Below, one piece after another: positions 52,920 through 64,000 of a stretch of DNA of 64,000 nucleotides. Numbering within the stretch: the stretch's first letter is position 1; each line of letters starts with the position of its first letter. The notes under the pieces are model-generated. The model ran no database searches and was not told where the DNA came from. It was given only the letters and a program-made list of their open reading frames with translations. The stretch spans positions 4,588,001 through 4,652,000 of the forward strand of contig CM007991.1 of assembly GCA_002189035.1 (NCBI GenBank), read 5' to 3'. The translations under genes were made by a program, and so were the position numbers. Source of the stretch: Utricularia gibba. Lineage: Eukaryota > Plantae > Magnoliophyta.

Positions 52920-55900
52920 AAAAAAATTAATTTTCTAAAAGAAACCAATGATTTTTTACAATTAATTAATAAATAACTATTTTAAATGCTTCTTATTATC
53001 ATTAGACAATGATAAGTTGTTAAACTTGCCTTCCTTAGACTATGGTGTGGTTTATTGACCATCTGATTTCTATTAATATATCACAGGATACGTGTTGTAA
53101 ACAAGTTTTTTTTTTTTTTATTGATTATGTCTTCTATCAAGTAGTAAAATACTTTTTGTTCAAAGTTTAAGGATACTCCCTCTATGCATGACAAGTTGAT
53201 TGAAAATTTGTTTAATTTCGTTGTTGGCTATGATCTGTCCAATGGTGGCTTGTGACAATGCAATCAAGAAAAAACTTAAGATTCAACAATCAAGAGACTT
53301 TCTCAAAATGTTGAGCCATGAAACACAAATTGCATCAATTGCCAAAAAAAAGAAAAAAAAAGCTAAGGGAAATCATACAAATCGTGATTACATAGTGGCT
53401 TCTTCATAAAGTTTGACAAAAGCTTCAGTAACATCAACTGCTATAAAAAAGGAAAATTTCTACATATGAAAGTATTGAATTGTACCAACAGCATTATTGA
53501 AGGAAATAATTTGTGACTTGGGGCTTTGGAATTGATTAGAAATAGTTCAAATTTAAATATATTTATGATAATTCAAAGTGATGAGACTCAAGTACAATGA
53601 AGCTCAATCAGTCTAGATGTTGATTTATTTGAAGGAATAACCCAGCTTGGAAGCAGATCATCTGGAGGCATGTTGAATTCATTATTCTACTAAACTACAT
53701 TTGCTCATCCAAAGAAGTATGGATATTGTTTATTGTCTTGTCATTAAACCTTGCCCATAGAAGTGTGGGCACTACTAATAATTACTAAGCGGTGTCCAAA
53801 GCCATTCTTGATGTTATATATTATCATGCTACATGAGTTGCTATCATCTCATCCTAAAGTTGACATGTAGCTTTAGGTGTGGATTATACATATATCACCC
53901 CTATTGGTTGCTTTTTGTATCTATCATGTTTGGGCTATCCTTGTTTTTTTTATTATTGCTGGACATGAAGCTAGATCATATAGATCAACAAATGGTTAAG
54001 TTATATCTGCAACATCTCTGTCTCAAGTAAGAAAATGGCTTAATAATTGGCTAAGCATTAAATCTACTCCACCTAATTGAGAGTTGCACGATGTGGAAAT
54101 TCTGAGAGTATATCACTTTCAAGTTCCCTGCAAGTTGTGGAAAATTATGAGAGTATCTCATTTAAGAAAGTCATTTCTGTAAGTTGTAGAAATTCTAAGA
54201 ATATCTCACTCTCAACTTCTCATGTGAGTTCTTCCTCATTATGACTGCTTCGTTGCACCTTCACCATAAAGTTTCTAGACCCATTCAAGCAACAAAGCTA
54301 TCTCTAAAAAATATTGCGCAAGAGGTTATAGAAGGAAATGATGTTGAATGAATTCTCTTCTTGCTAAACAAGTCTACGTAATAGAAATCCTCTATGTAGA
54401 GCAACTCAATAAATTTTTTAAGGTGTCAATAAAAATATAGAAAACATTGATATTTTAAGTATCTAAATTTCAATTCACAAGATAAATATGTATATGTGAT
54501 ACGGTATATGAATCTACATTGAACTATTGATGCATAAATAATAAAATATACTTTGATTATATCAAATCCAAATATTATATGGATACATAAAATACCCAGT
54601 TTAGTAAAAGCACTCTAAAACATTATCCATAAATATTGGTCACAAAATTTAATAAACCTAAATTTATGGCTTCTTATGTGTCAAAAATACATATGGCTTC
54701 ATCTCATTCTAAAAAAATAGGATTCTATAACATTGTTCATGAAAATATTGGTGAGAAGCACAAGATAAGATTGGCATACCTTGCGAAGCTGAACGGAAGG
54801 TGAAGTGCAGCAGCAGTTTCTCGATACAGAAAGGAGTAGAAGGTGGAATTGCAGGACCACGTTTTCAATATGATGCCGGAAATTAGCAGAAAGTTGAAAT
54901 TGTACAGTCAAATTTACATTATCCCAAAATAGTAATCACCCTTCTCAACTTTCAATCCCCACCCTACAACCATTACAAGTGGTGCTAGCTGACTATAATG
55001 TAATATATATATATTACATTTATCTAAACTTGTATACTCTTAAAATATCAAATCTTAAAAATCTAAACTGGTATATTGGCTACAAGTAATTTCTTTACTA
55101 TACATTTATCAAATCTACTTTGAATAGATCATAATTGCCCATAAAGAATTCATCCATACTATCAAATTAGGAAGACCAAGACTAATCCTTAAAAGGAATA
55201 AATGGAAAAAAATCATGTCATATCAATAAAGAGTTTGTTCATTCTTCTCAGATAGTCCAAAAACCTTGTTTAATTCATGGAACTCAAAAGTTGGGTCGAA
55301 TAAATGGATAGAGCTCGGGCTTAATGGCTTTAATTAAAAGAAAGAGAAAGCAACCACTTTCTCATCTCAATTGAAAAACTTTTCGATCTAATTACAGGTT
55401 ACAGCTCGATTAGTACCTCATAGCGAAAAGGCTTCACCCCCTCATGTGATTCGATATTTTTGTACTGAATCCAATAGGCATGCCAGGTTGTTTAGAAAAC
55501 TACCCATTCTCGACATATCAATTGTTTTTTTTTAAGAAACTTTCCCATCATTTGATTTTTTTTAATATAGAAACTTTACACTTAAATATATATTTATATT
55601 TATATTTATGTTTATTTATTTATATAATTAAATTCATTAATATGATATTAAAGCAAAACGTCGAGCTAGAAACAATTTCCAATTTATAGTTCACCTGGGA
55701 TGATTAGAAAAATGAGTTGCTTAAAAGGTTATTTAAAAAATATAAAATATATCCTTATATTATTATAATAATAAAATCAATATAAAGTAATCTTACTTTT
55801 TGATTGACTTCATAAAAAATATATTTAATTCAATTAATATTAGTGTGATTGATGGACAATGTAATTCATAAGTGAAATTATAGTATTTATATTTTTTATT

Positions 55901-56330
55901 TTTATTATTCTATCAGTTCAATTTTGTATTTATTTTTATTTCACTTTCTTTATGTTTTTAGATAAATTTTATATCTTTCATATCACTTTAATCTTTTTAG
56001 AGAAAAAATGTGATTTATAATTTTTTAGGACAATTTTGTCCTAATTTAGAGGAAATTCAAGGTGACCTTAGTGAAGTCAAAGATTTGGTTTATTCGAATA
56101 AATACTCAATCAAAGATTATTAACTAAAATAAGATTTGTATCTTATCTTAGAAGATTTGCATTTTATCTCAAAATATTTATATCTTATCTGATAAGATTC
56201 AAATAGAGAATTTGATACAAACCTATCAAGAAAATCCAAGAAATCGCCACCTCTATATAAGGTCCTGAACACCATGCTGTTGGAAGAGACCAGAGATCTA
56301 AGTATTTGTGCTAGTCTAGGAGTCTAGAGT

Positions 56331-57590
56331 TGATGCAGGTTACTTCCACAGCAAATTTTTAAAATTTGTAACTTATAAAGCACAAAATACATAGTATGAG
56401 TGTTGAATATAGAGAGTTAGTTTTCTAGTGAAAGGTGAAATTTACATTGAATACAACTATTACGATTTGTAAATTGATTTGTAAAGATAAGGTGATAGAA
56501 ACGTAAATGTTAAAGTCTAAGCAAGGAAATTGTAAACAAACAATAGAAACCAACTTAAGTGATAAACCTTAAATAAAGAGATGTTCTTGGGAATGGAATC
56601 TTACCTAGCTATGTTCGCTCGATCTCCCTCCCTCTCTAATCTTCTCGAGTACTCTGTTACAAAAGCAAGGAAAATTGTTACCCTAGCGGTCAAATTGCAC
56701 ACATGTGCCAGAGTGTTGACAATGACCAATGAGTCCATATACGAGGTTACTAGCTATTTATTGATCCTGAAATACACCCACAAACAAAACATTGTCTCCC
56801 TCAAACAAAAAAGGCGTGAGTTGGTGCTTTTCCTCTTCAAAACTCGTAGGTACTAATCGGCTAACCATCAATCCACTCCCTTTCCCTTTACTCCAAACCT
56901 CTGCCTTGAAGAAAAGGGGTTGCTACAGAAAGACCATAACATAATCGTACAGAGAGATACGGAACCCGATCAAATTCAAAGAAGAAGTGGAGATTAACTA
57001 ACGAAATGTAGAGATGAGAATCTCCCAACCCAGAAATAAGGGTTTCTAGTCGCAAATGGCTATACAAAGCAAGGAAAACAAAAGCAAAATTCTAGAGAGA
57101 AGCTAGATCAAAATCCTCTAGAGAAATAAAATAAAGTCTGAAATTAGAATTAAAACTCAAACTGTAACTTCTTTAATCTGAGTTTTTGTGTCCCTCTAAT
57201 TTTACTGTGATCTTGAGTGACTTGCAAGAGATCTCTTGCTTTGACACGGGTACATTTATAATTTCTTCGTTCAGAAGCTCCCATGTACTACATGCCAAGG
57301 CTCATCATTAGGCATCTGTAGTTTTCTGAAAATTAAGGGAATGTCACTTCAGGAAGATCTATTATGTCGCAATGTGATGCTTTTCTTTCTTACGCTTCTT
57401 GCTAAATGTTCGCCTCTAAAAAAACTTAAACAAAATTAGATTAAAATATTAGATAAAATACATAAATTCAGATACTTATTCTAATATAGATAAACCTAAA
57501 ACTTATATTTTATACCCACAATTTGACAATTCTAATTAGATTTAGACATAGAAAATAACCTAAAAAATAGTGACAAAATGACACTTAACA
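56331..57590 (-). mobile_element. Solo LTR, family B (gypsy-like), 1260 bp, TSD AGAGT, nested in the family-A LTR
   Basis: TG...CA termini with TSD AGAGT at 56326-56330 and 57591-57595. Confidence 0.9.
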
Positions 57591-57945
57591 AGAGTTGAGT
57601 TTTTATTGCACCTTTTGATTTATTTCTATCGTTTTTCACCCATTTTTGTGTGTTATAGTCGATCATACGCATGTGAGTGCTTATAATTAAGGATCTACAA
57701 TGAAGCCTTACTTGTATAACTCCTATGCATGTGATTGTTTTACTATGTTTGTTGAACTATAATTTGAGGTTTAATTCTTTTTTGTTGGTAATGTTTAATA
57801 TACTAAAGTGCTCTTTAGTATCACATAATCATAAGAAAGTATGAGACAATTTTAGATTGGCTTTAAGCACCTAAGGAGAAGGACTTAATCAAACATCTTT
57901 GGTTTGACATATTTGGAGTAATCTGTCTACGAGGTATGAAATGTA

Positions 57946-58387
57946 GGGCTCGTTTGGTATGATGTTTAGTATTAGACTGCTTTTATAAACTAAGGAAAAT
58001 AAAACCTTCAAATGGATGGACATTATTAGTTTGATATGATAGTTTATTTTACAAGGAATAATAAAAGGTGTGTTTGGTTGGATATATTAAAATTCTGGTT
58101 TTAATGAGATTTTACTATTATACCCTTATTAATGGATATAATTACTTTTACTCAAATCTCATCATAAAGTCTTGTATTCCTAATGAGAAGGGTAAAATAG
58201 ACAATTATTATTTACTTTTACAAAACCCATCTTCTTGGTGGGTTTATGAAAATACCCAAATCCTAGGTTTAATAACAAAACCCAGATTTTAGAAACAGGT
58301 CATGAGAAAAAAAAGTAGTTAACCAAACGAAGGTTAATTTTTAAACCTAATCTATATCCAATAAATACCCATATACCAAACGACCCC
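57946..58387. mobile_element. Tourist-like (PIF/Harbinger) MITE, 442 bp, 3-bp TSD GTA, nested in the family-A LTR
   Basis: TIRs GGGCTCGTTTGGTAT / ATACCAAACGACCCC (14 of 15 match) with GTA on both flanks. Confidence 0.85.
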
Positions 58388-60419
58388 GTAGTCGTTAGAG
58401 TTGAGTGTAAGGAAAATATAAGTTATGACAAAAGGTAAAATGGTTCTAGTGATATAGTTGATTCTATAATCTAACTTAATGAGGTACGGAGTTATAATGG
58501 TTATCTAATAGTACTACTTTAAAATAACACTATCGGAACTTGCGTAAGCATGTTAATCCTTAAAGTTTGTATGAGTGAGTTTTCAGTAAAATGAATCCTT
58601 GATCCAGAGTCACTTTTAATATTGTTTTCAAAATCGGTCTTTGGCTTTATTTGATGTCATTTTGAGTCATTGTTTTAAAGAAAATTTCAATAACAATTTT
58701 ATGTGAATACGATTTTATTTTATTATTTCGATGTTTTATTTGAGGTCATTTTTGAGTCATTATTTTATAAGAATCACCATCAGTAATGGACAAAGACAAA
58801 ATACTCTTGAAATATAAAAACCTTAATTCGGTAGTCATCGTTTAGATTATTTTGGGAATTTTAAAAAAGTTAATTATTCTAGTTTTATAAAAAAGATTTT
58901 TCTAAATTTAATAAATACATAAAATAGCTTCATAATGATTATATCAATTTATTAATTTCAAATTATTGTATAATTTATATAATAATCAAATGCTGGATAA
59001 TTTTATAAATATATGGTAGAAGTGATAGATTTCTAATTCATTTCCTAACACTAAATAGTTTTCTAAATAACGTTATGTTGAAAAGAATCATTATACTGGT
59101 AACTAAGTTTTTTCTAAAACAAAATGATGATTTGGGTTAAATAAGAGAAGTGATGATTACTAAGTTGAACACTGCGATTCAACTACGATTGAATCACTAT
59201 GAAACATAAATCATTCAAGATAGTGATTGAGTTAAATTTGAATTGTTTTAATGTATAAAAAATGTATCACAATAAACCACGTTTCAATTACCATCAATGA
59301 TGATTTCATTTTTTTCAAAATAAAAATATTTAAAGTATATTTTTGAAAAACTAAATGATTGAATCACGATTGAAACATCGGTTTAATCAGTAAAATGGCT
59401 AGTTGTTTTCACAAGCAATTTGCAATTTTTTTTCTGAATTTAAAACACTAATGTTAATATACATAGCATGAACTAAATGTACATCTTTACTATATTTCTC
59501 CATTATGCTCACTCCACCCTTGAAAGTCTTTTAGGTTAGATGGGAAGAATATCTAACTTGAGAAAAGCCTGAAAATGATAGTCTAAGGCCCGTGGGACTG
59601 AAAAATACCCTTCCTTTGGCGATTCAGAAGGGAAAAAAGTAAATAATGCCATGAATGCATTCTTCTTATCGACGATGGATATGCGGGATTCATCATGAAT
59701 TTTTCCAGCATCATTCTGAATTCTCTAGTGCCGTTTCCTCGAACATCTTGATATGTTAAAAGGGGAAGTCACTTAAGTGTGCTAGCCCTAGTCATTTCAA
59801 TTTTCTGGAAGTGTTCCTATAGACTCTCCTCACTTGTCATTCTTTTAATACCGTTTGAGTGTCTTTCCATTGGCCTTTCCAAATATTTCAACTGGTTTTC
59901 ATCTTATGTGGTGAACAACTCTAGGTTCACTACTTTGTGGGGTATTTTTTTGACTATGAAATATCTCCCAACATCTTAGGTGGTGAACAAGAAACTCCCA
60001 GATAAAATGTTTTTTTTTCAAGTCAAAATCATCCCATTTGATAATCACATATCCATTTTATAATATGTATGTCCTTAAGATTTAGTTCTCCTATTCATTC
60101 TCCATGTTACAAACTTTAGCATATAGCATTTTCACCTTTGATGAAGGCTTAAGTATCAATGCCTTTGCTCATTACATAGGCTCCATTTTGAACACGTCTT
60201 GGGATCTATAAGCCACTAATGAATTGGCAGCATAATATTTTCTCTTCCTTGAATCCACTCCAGTGCTGTCATTTGAATTCAGAGAAATTTCTTTGCACAT
60301 CTCTTTTTTTCCATTGCTAATGTGTTGATGCTGCTTACTTGAGGTGGAGAGCTATTGCTTAAATTTATCTCCATTGGAGCTTGAAATACCGTTCCATTCC
60401 TACTCTTCCATATGGTCCA

Positions 60420-61752
60420 AAGAATGTATGCAATGACTGTTTTCCACCAACGAATCACCTTCTTGTTCTGCTGTAAGTTATTTGATTTTTCTCACCATGT
60501 ATGTAGCCCCCAAACCTCTAGATGCACTTGCCACCAGCCCATTATTCGGTTCCAAACTTTTGCTGAATCCTTACATGTAAAGAGAATATGATCCTTCTCT
60601 TTTATTTCCCTACCACACCTTATACAAATTAGATCTATGATCGAGACTCCTCTTCTCATTAAATTAGCTATTGGTGGTATACGATCCAGATCTACTTGCC
60701 ATAAGAAAACATGCAATTTGATTGGGATTACCTTCCATTCTATCGAGAAAAAATTCACATGGCCCTCGAATTTATTCCTCTTTGCATGATCAGTTTAGCT
60801 ACGCACATTGTGGATTTCCTCATTGACTAGACAAAAACACACCACTTCCACCTCCTACTATCAGCTCCATTCTATGATTCCATCACCTTTGTTCCTCAAC
60901 GAACTCTTGAATTATTTCTTCCTTCTCCCTAAAATTTCCTTCTGATAGCCAATCTCCTACTTTGTAACTTTCCACCCATCTCCATGCTTCACCTAAGGAT
61001 CAATTCTGTTCTATCCCTGAACTATATAGCTCTAGATATCGTTCTTTAGTGTCCCACCGTCCCCACCCCAATAATCCTCCCAAAATCTCACATTCTTCTC
61101 CTTCCCCCATTTGTAGTGGAACTATGAATTGATTTCCACCCAATGGTGGACCTTTTCAATTTTATCTTGTACTCCTACAATCTTACATCATACCATATTC
61201 CTCAAGTGGAGCCCAATTTGATTGTTTAATCCTGCTCCCCTACCGTAAATGTACTGGATCACTTTTCTCCGTACTCCTCTTTCTCCAGTTTTGTACTGCC
61301 ACCACCATTTTACTAGGAGGGTCAAGTTTGCCACCCATAGACTAGTATTGTTGGGTCCTCCTTGCTCATAATTTTGCGTCATCTTGTCCCACACTAACGA
61401 TACAATTTACTCTTATCCCATTGATTCCACCTTCAAAAATATTGTGTTTGGGCTTGTTCTAATTGAGCATAGACTGATTTGAGCACCTAAAATACAGAAA
61501 AGTGGAATAGAGGAATGCTCCCTAGTATATGGCTTTGCAAACAGATAGCCTTCCCCCTTTCGCTGCATTGCGATGTTTCCAGCCTCAGATCTTCTCATTC
61601 ATTTTCTTTAATAAGTTTCTCCATGAAGACACATGATTCATCGTCTCACCAACTGGTAATCCCATTTAATTGATTGGTAAAACTCCGCTCCGACAGCCAA
61701 TCATTCCTGCTATGTTTCTAACTTCATTATCTAGAATGTTCACAACAACAAG
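60420..61752 (-). mobile_element. L1-type LINE ORF2 3' relic, truncated by the CRM insertion
   Basis: zf-RVT-like IPIKLHVFLWQVDLDRIP..ANLMRRGV.....CIRC....E.KDHILFTC...KVW (60492-60758) and WVANLTLLVKWWWQY...RKVIQYIYG (61188-61394). Confidence 0.85.
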
Positions 61753-62356
61753 TGATGTGACCCTCTAATCTAAAGAGATTAGCAACCCACGAACAAGAGA
61801 TGATTTTGAAGCTTAGAAAGTATCCCACCGAAGTCTACCCTCAAGAGAATGAATCTCTTGTAACCAGACTTCGAAACAAAGAAAATTAGGAGCCACACTT
61901 CAGAAAAGAGAAGGGATTGGAAGTGATAATCCTAGGACGCCACAAGCTCAAAGCTTGATAAGTCAAGAGTGTACAAGCACTCAAAGAAGAGGAGAATCCT
62001 CACAACATGCATGAAAATGACTAAAGGTCCTGAAATAGTACATCTCTAGAGTATTTATACTCTAGAATTGGGCTCTAACATTACATAGCCCAAACTAAAT
62101 AAAATAGAAAAGTCTAACAAGCCCAATGGTCTAAGTTAAGTCCATCTTCAAGTAGTTGAGCTCTTTTGATGGGATGTCTTCAAGCCCATGTTTGATTCCA
62201 ATGGTATTGAGTAGACCCTTAAGTGTATCTTCAACCATCTTTGTCTTGTTCCTAGTCATTGGTCCTGGTGGAATCATCTTTCTTTCTAATTTGTTCACTT
62301 GAACAAACTCCTCATCATTCTTCAAATATACTTCATTATCTTCCTGGGGCTTATCA
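61753..62356 (-). repeat. 3' LTR of the CRM element (604 bp)
   Basis: On the minus strand it starts TGATAAG just after the PPT and ends GTCACATCA. Homologous to 19774-20406. Confidence 0.92.
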
Positions 62357-64000
62357 TCCCCCTTTCTTTAGGAAGATTCGTCCCTGAATCTGTATCCATG
62401 TCGAAAAGAGACAAATCAGCAACATTAAAAGTTGAATGAACAGAATACTCACCTGGTAAATCTAGCTTGTACGCATTATCATTAACGCGCTCAACAACTT
62501 GGAAAGGGCCATCTCCACGAGGTAGAAGTTTGGACTTTCTCTTTGTGGGAAATCTCTCCTTCCTAAGATGAAGCCAAACCCAATCTCCAGGTTCAAATAC
62601 AACTTTGCGTCTCCCCTTGTTTGCTGCTGATGCATACTTTGCATTGTTGCATTCAATCTGTTGTTTCACCTTTTCATGCAATCTTCTGATTGCATCAGCT
62701 CTCTTCTTGCCATCTAAACTAACTTTCTCATCACAAGGCAAAGGTAACATATCCAAAGGTGTAAGAGGATTAAAACCATAAACGACTTCAAATGGAGATA
62801 ATTTAGTAGTCAGATGCATGGTTCTATTGTAAGCAAACTCAACAAGTGGCAAACATTCCTCCCAAGTCTTAAGATTTGATTTAATCATAATCCTAAGTAA
62901 GGTAGAAAGTGTGCGATTAGTTACCTCAGTTTGCCCATCGGTTTGAGGGTGACATGTTGTTGAGTATAACAGCTTAGTGCCAAGTTTACTCCAAAGAACT
63001 CTCCAAAAGTGACTAAGAAACCTTGCATCTCGATCAGAGACAATAGTTAGGGGCATTCCATGAAGTCTAACAACTTCCCTAAAGAAGAGATCAGCCACAT
63101 GAGATGCATCATCAGTTTTATGGCAGGGAATAAAATGTGCCATCTTTGAAAACCTGTCCACAACAACGAAAATTGAATCTCTACCCCTTTGGGTACGAGG
63201 TAAGCCTAAAACAAAGTCCATAGAAATGTCCACCCATGGTTGGGAAGGAGTAGGGAGTGGAGTATACAAACCATTAGGGGCAGTGGTTGATTTAGTCTTC
63301 CTACAAGAGATACATCTAGAACAAATTCTTTCAACATCCCTTCTCATGTGTGGCCAAAAGAAATGTTGGGTGAGAGTATCAAGAGTCTTTTTAACACCAA
63401 AATGTCCCATTAGTCCCCCACCATGAGCTTCTCTAACAATCAAATCACGTATGGAGCAAGAAGGAATGCACAGCCTATCTTTCCCATAAAGAAAACCATC
63501 TTTCCTGAAGAATAGTCCAGATGGAGCAAGTTCACATGCCTTATAAATATCCCCAAAATCGTGATCATGAACATATAAGTCAATGATGGAAGCAAATCCA
63601 AGAATTCTTGCATCAAGATTGACTAAGAGAGTGTACCTTCGAGATAAAGCATCAGCAACCACATTCTCCTTACCTTTCTTGTATTTGATCACATATGGGA
63701 ATGTGTCAATGAATTCCACCCACTTAGCATGTCTTCTATTCAGCTTTACTTGAGCCTTCAAATGTTTGAGAGACTCATGATCAGTGTGTATCACGAACTC
63801 CTTAGGCCATAAGTAGTGCTGCCATGTCTCCAAAGCTCTAACCAACGCATACAACTCTTTGTCATATGTTGGATAGTTGAGGGTGGCACCATGAAGCTTC
63901 TCACTAAAATAAGCAAGTGGACGTCCCTTTTGCATCAACACAGCACCAATCCCTAAACCTGATGCATCACATTCAATTTCAAAAGTATCAGAAAAATTTG
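61753..64000 (-). mobile_element. CRM-clade (centromeric retrotransposon) Ty3/gypsy element, 3' part: RNase H end, integrase, PPT, 3' LTR; continues beyond the window
   Basis: ORF 62322-63941 has [100 protein letters not shown] and [11 protein letters not shown], typical of CRM/Cereba. PPT at ~62357-62369. CR-motif-like PPGPMTRNKTK at 62271-62239 lies inside the LTR. Confidence 0.92.

Larger units (their letters stand above)
55866..58782 (+). mobile_element. Older family-A solo LTR, TSD GTAAT, hosting two nested insertions
   Basis: Begins TCATAAGTG (decayed TGATAAGTG) and ends CACCATCA, with TSD GTAAT at 55861-55865 and 58783-58787. Colinear with the reverse complement of 50290-51488 once the insertions are removed (1207 vs 1199 bp). 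Confidence 0.88.

Noticed and set aside
54080-54220. Imperfect ~45-50-bp triple repeat (GTGGAAATTCTGAGAGTAT...)
   Set aside because: Too degenerate to define units, with no open frame or family assignment.

Overview
Plant (angiosperm) nuclear genomic DNA with two very different halves. From 1 to about 29.5 kb there is a compact, short-intron gene island of nine genes. In order they are the 3' end of a serine carboxypeptidase-like gene, NXD1, a group-X AP2/ERF, the mitochondrial Rieske Fe-S protein, RPS27, RETINOBLASTOMA-RELATED (RBR), a small B12D/MLRQ-like gene, MCM2 and a TVP38/TMEM64 (SNARE-associated) gene. An AT-rich transposon block (15.5-23.4 kb) splits the island and holds a MuDR relic and a CRM-type solo LTR. 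A decayed HGSNAT-like pseudogene, absent from the ORF track, lies at 29.8-31.1 kb. The rest (31.5-64 kb) is transposon-derived: a young full-length Ty1/copia with near-identical LTRs and a 5-bp TSD, PIF/Harbinger, copia, gypsy and L1 relics, three further solo LTRs with perfect TSDs (one hosting another plus a MITE), and the 3' part of a CRM (centromeric retrotransposon) element running off the window. I found no tRNA, rRNA or CRISPR array and no clearly new biochemical system. The strongest observations are structural: nested solo LTRs validated by an in-window empty site, CRM elements next to genes, clustered E2F sites linking RBR and MCM2, and GC-AG introns. All alignments and identifications were done by eye and from memory of the families.
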